Shown: piece after piece, positions 9,586 through 19,680 of the stretch
How positions within the stretch are numbered: the stretch's first letter is position 1
How the letters are laid out: each line of letters begins with the position of its first letter
NCBI GenBank assembly: GCA_014191035.1
Contig: BJGX01000001.1
Location: 24,187-88,186, forward strand
Direction: 5' to 3'
Source: Candidatus Saccharimonadota bacterium
GTDB lineage: Bacteria > Patescibacteriota > Saccharimonadia > CAILAD01 > BJGX01
Length of the DNA: 64,000 nucleotides
Translations under genes and position numbers: made by a program
The notes under the pieces: model-generated
Database searches by the model: none
What the model saw: the letters and a program-made list of their open reading frames with translations, nothing else
Told to the model about the DNA's origin: nothing

Positions 9586-10172
9586 AACTTACCAAAGAGG
9601 ACTACCTAAAGGTATTGTTGCCGAATAAAAGGGAGATACTGATACTACTTGCGTTGGTTGCCGTAGTTTTTCTTACATTCGAATTTAACTTAATTTATTT
9701 AAAAGCTACTCAAAACTCAATATTTGCAGATACGGCGTTACAGCAGAATTTTCGTGATCAAATAGATAGTTTTTTTGCAGAAAATAAAGTTGCCAACACT
9801 ATAAGCCTGGTTGTGTTTTGGTCTGGAGTAGGTCTGGTTGCTTACAGCATAATTTGGTCAGTTTACTCGTTTTTTACAGAAGCAAAGAACGAAACCGAAG
9901 TTGCCGGAGGCTATGTTAATCAAGAATCTAAACATGAAAAATTACAAAGAACACTCATGCAGGCTGGTATTTTAGCAGGCATAATTGCGCTTGGGCTTTT
10001 GAGTTTAAATGTTACTATACCGTTTTTTATAGGTCTTTGGACAAACGGAATTTTGATAATACCAGCTGAAATAATAAATGGAATTCTACAAATCTTGGCA
10101 GGATTTATAGGAATGATAGTAAATTTCTATTTATTTAAAATGCTTATTGATTGGATAGAGTTACTAGACTGA
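9582..10172 (+). CDS. Hypothetical membrane protein, translationally coupled (ATGA) to the upstream gene.
   Basis: Four TM segments; overlap with the preceding stop. Confidence 0.5.
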   Translation: MKLTKEDYLKVLLPNKREILILLALVAVVFLTFEFNLIYLKATQNSIFADTALQQNFRDQIDSFFAENKVANTISLVVFWSGVGLVAYSIIWSVYSFFTEAKNETEVAGGYVNQESKHEKLQRTLMQAGILAGIIALGLLSLNVTIPFFIGLWTNGILIIPAEIINGILQILAGFIGMIVNFYLFKMLIDWIELLD

Positions 10173-10178
10173 TTTAAT

Positions 10179-10802
10179 TTAGTATTTTCTAATTAAGCCT
10201 ATCAGAACACCCTGAATTTTAATTGGGGTAGAGGGCTTAACAATTATTGGTTCCATTGTTGAATTTGCGGGCTGTAAACGTATATGATCCTTTTCTTTGT
10301 AATAACGCTTTAGTGTAGCTTCGCCATTGTTTACAAGGGCAACTACGGTGTCGCCATTACTTGGAACTTCTTTTTCTTGCACCACTACGTAGTCGCCGTC
10401 ATGTATTCCATCTTCAATCATGCTCTGACCTTTGACTTGAAGGACATACGAATTTTTTGACCCAACCATAAATGCAGGCACTTCGAGGGTTTCTTTATGC
10501 CCAGAGATTGTTTCTATGGGGCTACCAGCAGCAATTAGACCAAGAATTGGTAATCCAACTCCAGGTTCATTTACGGATGCTTCTACATCTTCGACTGGAA
10601 TAAGGGATCGAGCAGAATTACTTCCTTTTTCTAAAAATCCTTTATCAACTAGTGTGTCGATGTGCTGAGCAACAGTAGCAACGGAATTTAACTTTAAGCC
10701 GTTTGCGATTTCTCGATAGCTAGGCGAATATCCCTTTTCTTCAATAAATGTTGTTATGAAGTCTAATGTCTTTCTTTGCTTTTTAGTTAGGGCTGTTTTC
10801 AT
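10179..10802 (-). CDS. lexA: LexA repressor (S24 peptidase).
   Basis: N-terminal winged-helix; catalytic Ser in GQSM and Lys in TLKRY; length 207 aa. Confidence 0.9.
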   Translation of the reverse strand: MKTALTKKQRKTLDFITTFIEEKGYSPSYREIANGLKLNSVATVAQHIDTLVDKGFLEKGSNSARSLIPVEDVEASVNEPGVGLPILGLIAAGSPIETISGHKETLEVPAFMVGSKNSYVLQVKGQSMIEDGIHDGDYVVVQEKEVPSNGDTVVALVNNGEATLKRYYKEKDHIRLQPANSTMEPIIVKPSTPIKIQGVLIGLIRKY

Positions 10803-10845
10803 TTTTCCTCCTTTTTATTTATTTACATTTTACCGAAAGTAATAC

Positions 10846-10861
10846 GAACTTGTCAACAAGT
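10846..10861. promoter_or_regulatory. Perfect 16-bp palindrome AACTTGT-CA-ACAAGTT overlapping the lexA -35 element. Candidate LexA operator (SOS box).
   Basis: On the lexA sense strand: TTGACA (inside the palindrome)-18 bp-TAAAAT-RBS AAAGGAGG-ATG. Confidence 0.5.
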
Positions 10862-11019
10862 TAGCATAACAAATATTTATTAGTCACAGCTTTGTCTAAA
10901 TATATTTTACAGATTGCAACAGATAGTAAATTATTTTTCTTTAAATATTCCCTTGACATCAACACCTGGGTGGCATAACCTAGGTTACATAAGATTAATT
11001 AAGGAGGAAATTAAAAAAC

Positions 11020-11217
11020 ATGGCTTTTTCACATGTAAATTCAAAAGGACAAACATATTACCTACACTCAAGAGAAGTTACTCTTAAGGGTGGACGACTG
11101 CAAAGAATTTACTTCTTCGCTAAAGAAGTTAAAGACGGCGCTATCGATGAAATGCCAGAAGGCTACATCGTAGTAGAAAACACTCGAACTGGCCTTCCAA
11201 TTCTTAAGAAAGGTTAG
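11020..11217 (+). CDS. Small hypothetical protein (65 aa) divergent from lexA, with a strong RBS AAGGAGG.
   Basis: ORF with a canonical RBS 8 bp upstream and a terminator downstream. Confidence 0.55.
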   Translation: MAFSHVNSKGQTYYLHSREVTLKGGRLQRIYFFAKEVKDGAIDEMPEGYIVVENTRTGLPILKKG

Positions 11218-11236
11218 ATATAGTTTAAAACAAGCT

Positions 11237-11262
11237 GAGCCCCTCGGGGCTCTTTTTGTTTT
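11237..11262 (+). terminator. Rho-independent terminator (gagcccc-tc-ggggctc plus T-run).
   Basis: GC stem-loop followed by tttttgtttt. Confidence 0.7.
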
Positions 11263-11300
11263 GCATATTTACAGGTATAATATACACTTATATTTGGTAG

Positions 11301-11376
11301 GGGCCCGTAGCTCAGTGGTTAGAGCAGTCGGCTCATAACTGATTGGTCGTAGGTTCGAATCCTACCGGGCCCACCA
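11301..11376 (+). tRNA. tRNA with CAT anticodon (elongator Met or lysidine-modified Ile2).
   Basis: Cloverleaf; acceptor gggcccg/cgggccc; loop cuCAUaa; resembles E. coli tRNA-Ile2. Confidence 0.8.
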
Positions 11377-11453
11377 TTTAGAAAGATTAGAGAAGTCTAA
11401 TCTTTTTTGTTTGCCCTCTTGCTCCAGTATCATAAGCACTTTACAATTATTAT

Positions 11454-12179
11454 GTGGGGAAAAATAAAGATCCATACAGGTACTATGAAAAAGACCATCC
11501 CTACTTAAGTACTCTCAGTGTTAAAAAGAGGGTGGATTATAAGCGCAAGCAAAAATTTGCTTTAGCGGTAGTTTTGATTTTTTTATTTTTTTTAGCTGAA
11601 ATAATTATTCTTTGGGGGGCATCTAACACAAGGGTGGCCTACAGCCCTTTAAAATCTAATATTGTAAGTGGCGTAAGGCCTCCCAAGGCTAAGTTAGAGG
11701 TTAAAAAGGAGGCTGACCAATCTCCACCGCCACCTATACTAAAAGAGGCTGAGATGTATTTAGTTATTCCTAAACTTTTAATAAACACTCCTCTAGAAGC
11801 CAAAGGCACAACAACATCTGGTGAAATTTTGACCCCATCTAAAAATACTAACGTGTCTTGGTTTAAGGATGGAGTAAAGCCTGGGCAGAATGGCAGTGTA
11901 CTTATGGCAGGTTATTACGGCAGTGAAAACGCCGGCATTTTGAAAGATGCAAATAAGCTAACTGCAGGCGACGAAATAGAAGTTAGGCATAAAGATGGAA
12001 GAACTCAGAAATACAAGGTGTTGGAAAAGGCACAGTATCAACCTAATGAAGAAATTAAGCCCGAACTCTTAAAAAAAGATGATGCAAAATATCTAGGTCT
12101 GTTTCTTATTACCAATCCGGCCTTAAGTAAGATTGGCTTAGAATCGCAAAGGCTAGTTATATATGCTAAATCTGAATAA
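11454..12179 (+). CDS. Sortase-fold paralogue lacking the catalytic His and Cys (pseudo-sortase), with an N-terminal TM anchor.
   Basis: Aligns block-by-block with the intact sortase at 45860-46468. GNMIITGHS is replaced by GSVLMAGYYGS and TLxTC by LFLITNP; the conserved Arg is retained. Confidence 0.5.
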   Translation: MGKNKDPYRYYEKDHPYLSTLSVKKRVDYKRKQKFALAVVLIFLFFLAEIIILWGASNTRVAYSPLKSNIVSGVRPPKAKLEVKKEADQSPPPPILKEAEMYLVIPKLLINTPLEAKGTTTSGEILTPSKNTNVSWFKDGVKPGQNGSVLMAGYYGSENAGILKDANKLTAGDEIEVRHKDGRTQKYKVLEKAQYQPNEEIKPELLKKDDAKYLGLFLITNPALSKIGLESQRLVIYAKSE

Positions 12180-12236
12180 TTGACTATAGGTGTTTAATCA
12201 AAATAAAATAAGCTTAACTATAAAAGGGATAAATTT

Positions 12237-13004
12237 TTGAAAGATAACCAACAAAATAACGGCGATATAGAACCAGAAAGTAATATTGATAAAGATTTAA
12301 ACTTTGAATATGAAGCTGATATTAATTCCAGCACCATTAAAAGTTCAGAACCATCAGAATTTGAAAAAACAAAATCTAGTAAAAAAAGAACTAGCGGACT
12401 TTCAGTGGTATCATTGCTTTTTGCAGTTATCTTACCTCCATTGGGCTTAATAATGTCGATGATAGCCAAAGCTAAGGCAAGAAATTCAAACTCTTCTACA
12501 ACAGTAGCTAATGTGGCATTAACAATATCTACAATTTTGTTTATCGGCTTGATTAGTGTAGGTGGAGTAATTATTTACCAAAATTATAATCGCACCCTAG
12601 ATAGCCAAGACAGTGCAAAGAATAAGCAGCAAAATGAACAGACGACCCCAAGCAATTATAGTGATGATCAAAAAAAGGCTATCGAGATCAGCGAAACATT
12701 TTTGAATTATATTAAAAATGAAAATTATCCTGCTGCATTTAATCTTTTAAGTCCGGATTTGCAAAAAGAATATATAAATGGCGAAAGCGATTTTTCAAAG
12801 GAAGTCACAACTGCTAATTTAAAGCTAATTGACTCTTGGAAAGTCACAGAAGTAACTTCCAATGGAAAGGGAGATAGGATAACTATTAAGGGTACCGCAA
12901 ACTTTAGGGGACCTACGCCATCGGGTAATTTCGAATTTGCGTTTTATAAGGACACAGATGGCTCCAAGAAGATGTATTTATGGCAAATATCTCCAAATAC
13001 ATAG
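12237..13004 (+). CDS. DUF4190-like membrane protein with a C-terminal extracytoplasmic domain.
   Basis: Central membrane hairpin, N-terminal acidic low-complexity region. Confidence 0.45.
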   Translation: MKDNQQNNGDIEPESNIDKDLNFEYEADINSSTIKSSEPSEFEKTKSSKKRTSGLSVVSLLFAVILPPLGLIMSMIAKAKARNSNSSTTVANVALTISTILFIGLISVGGVIIYQNYNRTLDSQDSAKNKQQNEQTTPSNYSDDQKKAIEISETFLNYIKNENYPAAFNLLSPDLQKEYINGESDFSKEVTTANLKLIDSWKVTEVTSNGKGDRITIKGTANFRGPTPSGNFEFAFYKDTDGSKKMYLWQISPNT

Positions 13005-13013
13005 ACAAGAGCT

Positions 13014-14090
13014 GTGAACCAACATAATATTAGTACGATGTTTAAAGATATAATAAACTTAGATTTGAAAGAAAATACCAAAGCACTAATTGTAAGTGAT
13101 ATTCATTTGCAGCTTCCGATTACTAGAGAGCTTGAAATGATTCAAGGTTCATTGGTAAGCAGAATTAATGAACTATCAAAAAGCAGAAATGCAATATTGA
13201 TACTTAATGGTGACATCTTGGAGCTTTGGGAAAATAAGGATCAAACCGTAGCGGATATATTGGATGGATTTTCGAAACTCACACAGGCAATAAATAATTT
13301 TATAAAAATTAAAAGCCATAAAGTTATTTATGTTGTTGGTAACCACGACGATATAATATCTAGAAGTTCATCCGAACAGAAATCGCTGCATAAATTGTGG
13401 GGAGCAGAAATATGCAGAACTCTCCACACTTACATAGGTAAGGATAAAATTCGAATTGAGCACGGGCATGAAAGCGACAGCTATAATGCAACTTCAAATC
13501 AGCAAGAGCCTAAGGGTAAAAAACTTGTGCAGAATACTTTACCCATTCTCTTAAAGACTATGCCTAGTCTTTTTAAAGGAATTGGTGATGTGGTTAATCG
13601 CTCTCTTTTACCTAGCTATGTGCTTAGTAATCTTGCCTATAAAATTGTTGCGCCAATATGTGTACCAATTGTTTTAATAATTTCGATATTCCTTTCAATT
13701 GGGTTGTCAGATGACAGATATTGGAAAGCTGCTGTTCTAGTTTTTGTTTTGCTTTGGGCGGTCTTTTTAATTGCTGATGTTTTATTAAGATTCGTTGCCA
13801 GTTTTGCACTTGGTGGTGGATCGACTTATATGAAAAAAGTTGATAAATACCAAAAAGAGGCAAAGTTCGAAAAAATAATCTACGGACATACACACCAAGG
13901 CTTAATTGAGAAAAGAAACAAATACACATATGCAAATAGTGGCTGTAATGACGTTGTGGCATTTCCTAAAATTGGATGGATGGGGCTCGTGCGATTTAAT
14001 AGGTATGTTCAGCTTAGTAATTTAAACATTGATAATTCCAAAAAAGATTATCTTAAGTATCACCAAGAAATAGTTCCTTTGGTAGAATAG
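13014..14090 (+). CDS. Calcineurin-like metallophosphoesterase with C-terminal TM segments.
   Basis: Motifs SDIHL, GDILE, GNHDD, GHE. Confidence 0.6.
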   Translation: MNQHNISTMFKDIINLDLKENTKALIVSDIHLQLPITRELEMIQGSLVSRINELSKSRNAILILNGDILELWENKDQTVADILDGFSKLTQAINNFIKIKSHKVIYVVGNHDDIISRSSSEQKSLHKLWGAEICRTLHTYIGKDKIRIEHGHESDSYNATSNQQEPKGKKLVQNTLPILLKTMPSLFKGIGDVVNRSLLPSYVLSNLAYKIVAPICVPIVLIISIFLSIGLSDDRYWKAAVLVFVLLWAVFLIADVLLRFVASFALGGGSTYMKKVDKYQKEAKFEKIIYGHTHQGLIEKRNKYTYANSGCNDVVAFPKIGWMGLVRFNRYVQLSNLNIDNSKKDYLKYHQEIVPLVE

Positions 14091-14094
14091 TATT

Positions 14095-14496
14095 ATGCGT
14101 AACTACTTTAGATCGGGCAAAATTATTTTCTGGATTGGCCTATTCCTGGCTATATACATGTTTGTAGTATTGGCAGTTGAGACAAGCCAAAACTATAGCT
14201 TGCGAAATAAATCAGACAATTTAGAATCTCAAATTGCTAAACTCGAACAGCAGATAGAAGATTTAGGTTACAAAGTTACTTATTATAAGACCGATTCTTA
14301 CAGAGAAAGACTTGCTAGAGAGAAGTTAAATGTGGCTGCCCCTGGAGAAAGCGTAATTATTATCAAGGACGACAAAAGAAATGAAAAGTTGGTAAAAGAA
14401 GATGAGGCTTCGATTAAGAACCTAAAAACCGATGAGCAAGCCTTGAGTGAAAAACCTAATTACCAACAGTGGTGGGCATTTCTTTTTGGAAATTAA
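14095..14496 (+). CDS. Septum formation initiator (FtsB/DivIC family).
   Basis: N-terminal TM, coiled coil, length 133 aa. Confidence 0.55.
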   Translation: MRNYFRSGKIIFWIGLFLAIYMFVVLAVETSQNYSLRNKSDNLESQIAKLEQQIEDLGYKVTYYKTDSYRERLAREKLNVAAPGESVIIIKDDKRNEKLVKEDEASIKNLKTDEQALSEKPNYQQWWAFLFGN

Positions 14497-14497
14497 A

Positions 14498-14522
14498 AAG
14501 ACCTATAAAATAGGTCTTTTTA
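14498..14522. terminator. Bidirectional terminator (agacctat-aaaa-taggtctt, A- and T-runs on both sides).
   Basis: Perfect 8-bp stem. Confidence 0.65.
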
Positions 14523-14599
14523 TGGTGGCTGAGGGAGGAATCGAACCTCCGACCTCAGGCTTATGAGTCCCGCGCTCTAACCATCTGAGCTACTCAGCC
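14523..14599 (-). tRNA. tRNA with CAT anticodon (elongator Met or Ile2).
   Basis: Acceptor ggctgag/ctcagcc, loop cuCAUaa, T-loop ttcgatt, CCA. Confidence 0.8.
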
Positions 14600-14670
14600 A
14601 TAACGTAATTATACTAACTTTAGCCGTAAAACTACAAAAACTCTTGCAGGCAAGAGTTCTTTTTTTAAAT

Positions 14671-14747
<77 letters not shown>

Positions 14748-14813
14748 TTAAACAAGGTATATTTTACACTCTATCTGTAAAAAGGTCAATATAAGCTTAA
14801 TAATGAGCACAAA

Positions 14814-16148
14814 TTGAACTATAATATATTTATGCTAAATGAATTCTACAAACACCTTCAGACATCCAAGCTGCTTCCACCAAAAAGCAAGCTGCTTTTA
14901 GCTGTTTCTGGTGGTGTTGATTCAGTTACTTTACTTCATTTGCTACATAATCTCCGCAATAATTATGGTTGGGAAATTGCTTTAGCGCATTATAACCACG
15001 GAGTAAGAAAAGACGCTACAAAAGACGCATTGCTAGTTGGCGATTTGGCTGATCTATATGGCTACCCTTTGTATGTTGGAAAGTATGAATACACTGATTT
15101 TTCTGAAGCGGCTCTAAGAAAAGCAAGATATGATTTTCTTGAAAATCTTCGAAGAGATATGGGCTATGATTATATTTTGACAGCGCATCATAATAGCGAC
15201 TTTTTAGAGACAGCATTGTTTAATACTGTCAGAGGCTCAGATAGAGAAGGAATGGTTGCGCTAAAAGAGAAGCGAGGCCGGCTGTTAAGACCAATGCTCC
15301 CTTTTTCTAAGCCTGAAATTATTGTATTCGCCAATTTGCAGGAATTACCATATAGAGAAGACAGTACAAATAGTGACGTTTCATATAGTCGAAATATGGT
15401 TCGTAATGTATTAATGCCTCACGGCAGCATGAAGTTTAGAAATTTTCACCATAACTTGAACCAAAGGCTTGCCAAGCTAAAAGATACAAATTCACGAATT
15501 AACCAAGGCCTTTCTAGGCTAGCAGAATCAATAGTGGAGTATGAAGACACTAAATCAATGCAACTAGATATTGAAAAATTTAATTCACTGCCATTAGTTA
15601 TAAAAAATAATTTATTAGTTTATCTTGTAAAAAGATTAAAGCCTGCTCACGGCCTAAAAAGAGTTAATATATCAAAGGCAGTAAAATTCATCGAAAATTC
15701 CAAAACAGGGTCTCAAATGCCTTTGCCTGGCGGGTTGCAACTGATTAACACCTATGGTAAGTTTGTAATCACTTCTGAACCTAAAGAATATGAAGAGAAT
15801 TTAGAAGATATATTCCATATTCTTAGTCCAGATAAGCCTTTTCAAAATGAAATTTTCAAATTAGCTATAAATAAAGACACTAAAGCCGGAATCAAATTGC
15901 CTAATCAAAAGCTATATGTGCGCTACAGACAGGCAGGCGATAAGGTTAGTCCAATAGGTATGGAGGGTACAAAAAAGCTCCAAGATGTGTTTGTGGATGC
16001 TAAGATACCTAAGCACCTGAGAAGCATGTGGCCAGTGGTTGTAAATTCGACCAACGAAGTAGTATGGGTTCCGAATTTAGTTAAAAATAGAAAGTTTTTT
16101 GATCAGAGCTCTAATAATTATCAGTATTTAATCTGCGAGGTGATATGA
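14814..16148 (+). CDS. tilS: tRNA(Ile)-lysidine synthetase.
   Basis: PP-loop SGGVDS; N-type ATP pyrophosphatase fold; C-terminal TilS domain. Confidence 0.85.
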   Translation: MNYNIFMLNEFYKHLQTSKLLPPKSKLLLAVSGGVDSVTLLHLLHNLRNNYGWEIALAHYNHGVRKDATKDALLVGDLADLYGYPLYVGKYEYTDFSEAALRKARYDFLENLRRDMGYDYILTAHHNSDFLETALFNTVRGSDREGMVALKEKRGRLLRPMLPFSKPEIIVFANLQELPYREDSTNSDVSYSRNMVRNVLMPHGSMKFRNFHHNLNQRLAKLKDTNSRINQGLSRLAESIVEYEDTKSMQLDIEKFNSLPLVIKNNLLVYLVKRLKPAHGLKRVNISKAVKFIENSKTGSQMPLPGGLQLINTYGKFVITSEPKEYEENLEDIFHILSPDKPFQNEIFKLAINKDTKAGIKLPNQKLYVRYRQAGDKVSPIGMEGTKKLQDVFVDAKIPKHLRSMWPVVVNSTNEVVWVPNLVKNRKFFDQSSNNYQYLICEVI

Positions 16149-18004
16149 AAAAAATTCCTAAAAATGTTTGGTATGCAATTATTACGTTGTCTATTTTAAT
16201 TTCAGTGGTTGTGTTGTTTGGTAATGGCTCTCCATTGAGTAAGCCACCAGCCCAGGTTCCATTTAGTACTGTATTGGACCAGATTAAACAAGATAAAGTC
16301 GAATCAATCCAAGTTTCAGGAGATGAGCTTACTGTTAATCTAAAGGACGGCACAAAGCAGAAGTCATATAAGGAAAGATACAAAAGCCTTAGTGATTTTG
16401 GTGTAGATTATAATAAAGTCAAAGTAGAAGCAAAAAACCCTGACAATAATAATATTCTTTTAGATGTTATTTTATCGTTACTTCCAATAGTTATTATTAT
16501 CGGCTTCTTCTATTTCATAATGAAGCAAGCCCAGGGCAGTAATAGCCAGGCAATGAGTTTTGGTAAGTCTAAGGCCAGAGTTTCTGGCATGGATAAAAAT
16601 AAAGTCAAATTTAAAGATGTTGCCGGTGCGCAGGAAGCAAAAGTGGAGCTCCAAGAAATTGTAGAATTTCTAAAATATCCCGGAAAATTCGAGGCCCTAG
16701 GAGCAAAAATTCCGAAAGGTGTTCTGCTTTTTGGTCGTCCAGGTACAGGTAAGACATTGCTAGCTCGCGCAGTAGCAGGTGAGGCCGATGTTCCGTTCTT
16801 TACAATTTCTGGTTCAGAGTTTGTTGAAATGTTTGTCGGCGTCGGCGCAAGCCGTGTAAGAGATTTGTTCTCAAGGGCCAAGAAGAATGCACCTTGTATT
16901 ATCTTTATAGACGAAATTGATGCAGTAGGTAGGCAGCGTGGCGCAGGCCTAGGTGGTGGTCACGATGAACGCGAACAGACACTAAATCAAATTCTTGTGG
17001 AAATGGACGGTTTTGAACAGGGCACCAACGTGATAGTTATGGCCGCTACCAATCGACCAGATGTTCTTGACCCGGCCTTATTACGACCCGGTCGATTCGA
17101 CAGAAGAGTAACTCTGGACACCCCAGACCTTAAAGCAAGAGAAGAAATTTTGGAAGTACACACCCAGAAAAAGCCTCTCGAAAAAGACATTGATTTTAGT
17201 GAAATTGCACGAAAAACTCCAGGAGTATCAGGGGCTGATTTGGCAAATATCGCAAACGAAGCTGCTATTTTTGCTGCACGTTCTAATCGCAAAAAAATTA
17301 CTCAAGCCGACTTCCATGAAGCTATAGAAAAAATAGCATTGGGTCCTGAACGCAAAAGCCATATATTAAATGATAAAGAAAAGAAAATCACAGCCTATCA
17401 TGAAGCAGGCCACGCATTGTTAGGACACCTATTGCCAAACTGCCACCCAGTACATAAAGTTTCGATTGTAAGTCGTGGAATGGCAGGGGGCGTAACATGG
17501 AGCTTACCAGTGGAAGATAAGCACCTACATTCCTTAGCGGACTTTAAGGATGATATAGCCATGGCCCTAGGCGGAAGAACTGCTGAAAAGATTATCTTTG
17601 GAGAAGAAAACATAACTACAGGCGCAGAAAGTGATCTCAAGCACGCCAATGGTCTGGCACGTAGAATGGTTACTGAGTATGGTATGAGTAGGGCACTTAA
17701 AAATCGCTTCTTCGGGGATGAACAAGGATCTGTATTTTTGGGCAAATCTTTCTCACAAGACAAGCACTATTCAGAAGAGATGGCTGCTAAAATTGACGAT
17801 GAAGTAGCAAAGATAATTGATGAAGCTAGCAAAAAAGCAGAGGATACTCTGTCTAAAAACAAATCTAAACTTGATCAAATTGCCCAAACCTTATTAGAAA
17901 AAGAAACAATTGAAGGTAAGGACTTTGATAAGCTAATGGAAAGTCCAGCCTCCAAAAAGGTGACTAAAAAATCTGATACCAAATCTAAAACAAAAAAGTC
18001 CTAG
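16145..18004 (+). CDS. ftsH: ATP-dependent zinc metalloprotease FtsH.
   Basis: Two TM helices; Walker A GPPGTGKT; SRH; HEAGH zinc motif. Start overlaps tilS by 4 bp. Confidence 0.95.
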   Translation: MKKIPKNVWYAIITLSILISVVVLFGNGSPLSKPPAQVPFSTVLDQIKQDKVESIQVSGDELTVNLKDGTKQKSYKERYKSLSDFGVDYNKVKVEAKNPDNNNILLDVILSLLPIVIIIGFFYFIMKQAQGSNSQAMSFGKSKARVSGMDKNKVKFKDVAGAQEAKVELQEIVEFLKYPGKFEALGAKIPKGVLLFGRPGTGKTLLARAVAGEADVPFFTISGSEFVEMFVGVGASRVRDLFSRAKKNAPCIIFIDEIDAVGRQRGAGLGGGHDEREQTLNQILVEMDGFEQGTNVIVMAATNRPDVLDPALLRPGRFDRRVTLDTPDLKAREEILEVHTQKKPLEKDIDFSEIARKTPGVSGADLANIANEAAIFAARSNRKKITQADFHEAIEKIALGPERKSHILNDKEKKITAYHEAGHALLGHLLPNCHPVHKVSIVSRGMAGGVTWSLPVEDKHLHSLADFKDDIAMALGGRTAEKIIFGEENITTGAESDLKHANGLARRMVTEYGMSRALKNRFFGDEQGSVFLGKSFSQDKHYSEEMAAKIDDEVAKIIDEASKKAEDTLSKNKSKLDQIAQTLLEKETIEGKDFDKLMESPASKKVTKKSDTKSKTKKS

Positions 18005-18093
18005 AAAAATATGCAATTGCCGAGCCTTAAAAACAAAGTGTTCGGCTCTTGTATTATTTATAACAAATCATTCTAGATGTATAATAACTTATC

Positions 18094-19680
18094 GTGAAAA
18101 ACTTACTTGCTAAAATAAACAAATCAAGAACAATGGGGGTAGCGGCTGTATTAATATCGCTATCCTATTTCTTGAGTCGTCTTTTAGGTCTTTTCAGAGA
18201 TAGACTTCTGGCCACCAATTTTGGCGTAAGTGCTCAAACCGATGCATATACGGCGGCTTTTAGAATTCCAGATTTTTTATTTACTTTAATAGTATCTGGG
18301 GCTTTTGCAGTTTCATTTATCCCTGTCTTTATTGGCTACTTGGAAAAGAAAAAGCAAGAAGAGGCCTGGGAAGTTGCCAATTCTATACTCAATATCTTGT
18401 TGCTAGTTGTAGGGGTAGCCTGTGTGCTGTCTTTTATTTTTGCCGAACCTTTGGTTAAGTTATTGGCTCCAGGGTTTGATCAGTACAGAAACCAGTTAAC
18501 AGTTAATATAACTAGGATCTTGCTGGTAACACCAATATTTTTCGTACTATCTAGCGTATTTGGGGCAATACAGCAGTCATTCAATAGATTTTTAGTTTAT
18601 GCGATGGCGAGCCTCTTTTATAACATAGGCATAATTATAGGAATATTGTTTTTTAGCAAATTTTTTGCGGCTAATGCAATCTACGGTGTTGCACTAGGTG
18701 TGGTAGTTGGAACAGCTCTCCAGGCTATCTTGCAGCTATTTGGAATAATTGGCTTAGGCTTTAAATATAAACCTAGCTTTAAATGGCGAAATAGAGGAGT
18801 TACAAGAATAATTAAACTTATGATTCCTCGCTCAATTGACCTGACTGTCGACCAGATTAATTGGATAATTCAGTCTGCAATTGCATCAAGCCTCGCTTCT
18901 GGTAGCTTATCTTCATACTACTATGCAAACAACTTAAAGAATGTTCCTGTTGGCCTGTTTGGTGCCGCAATGAGTACAGCCTTTTTCCCAAATTTGGTTA
19001 GGGCTGCAAAAAGTAAAGATAAATCAAAATTGCCGGCCGCCATAGTTAGAGATGTAAGTTTGTTAATGTTTTTGGTAATACCTTCTGCATTTATAGCTGT
19101 TGTAATGAGAGGTTATATAGTCAGAATTCTTTTTGGCTTTGGCGATCAGGCTACAGCAGATACGCTGGGCTTTCTGGCGGGCTCAATCGTAGCTCAAAGC
19201 ATGCTCTTTATGGTTGCAAGAATATTCTATTCACTTGAAGACACAAAGACTCCTCTAATCATTAGTACGCTCACAATTATATTAAATGTCGCATTAAGCA
19301 TACCGCTATCAAGGATTTATGGAGTGGCAGGATTGGGATTGGCACTTTCAATATCTGGTCTTTTAGAAATAATCGTTTTATTTGTCCTGCTTAAAAGAAA
19401 GATGGGCGATTTTGGTGTTAGATCGATTATAGTTTCGGCTACAAAAATAACCACAGCATCATTAGCAATGGCTGGTGTAATGTATGCCTCAGTCAGATAT
19501 TGGTTCCCACTTTATAAGGATCAAGTTGGATTTACTCAATTAGCGCCAAAATTTGTATTCATATGTTTGGTCGGCATAATAATTTACTACGTCGCTAGTA
19601 AGTATTTAAGAATACCCGAAATAGTTACAGTTACTAAGATTGTAAAAAGAAGCATAAATAAGGTGGTGCATCGTGGATAA
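18094..19680 (+). CDS. murJ: Lipid II flippase MurJ/MviN.
   Basis: 14 TM helices; N-terminal SRLLGLFRD...DAYTAAFRIP signature. Confidence 0.8.
   Translation: MKNLLAKINKSRTMGVAAVLISLSYFLSRLLGLFRDRLLATNFGVSAQTDAYTAAFRIPDFLFTLIVSGAFAVSFIPVFIGYLEKKKQEEAWEVANSILNILLLVVGVACVLSFIFAEPLVKLLAPGFDQYRNQLTVNITRILLVTPIFFVLSSVFGAIQQSFNRFLVYAMASLFYNIGIIIGILFFSKFFAANAIYGVALGVVVGTALQAILQLFGIIGLGFKYKPSFKWRNRGVTRIIKLMIPRSIDLTVDQINWIIQSAIASSLASGSLSSYYYANNLKNVPVGLFGAAMSTAFFPNLVRAAKSKDKSKLPAAIVRDVSLLMFLVIPSAFIAVVMRGYIVRILFGFGDQATADTLGFLAGSIVAQSMLFMVARIFYSLEDTKTPLIISTLTIILNVALSIPLSRIYGVAGLGLALSISGLLEIIVLFVLLKRKMGDFGVRSIIVSATKITTASLAMAGVMYASVRYWFPLYKDQVGFTQLAPKFVFICLVGIIIYYVASKYLRIPEIVTVTKIVKRSINKVVHRG

Noticed and set aside
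11256-11281. Promoter for the tRNA(CAT) at 11301 (TTGCAT ... TATAAT).
   Set aside because: Spacing between the best hexamers is only 9 bp. Not reported as a confident promoter.
16510-17763. Three minus-strand ORFs (16510-16881, 16987-17292, 17398-17763) inside ftsH.
   Set aside because: Antisense to an unambiguous FtsH CDS.
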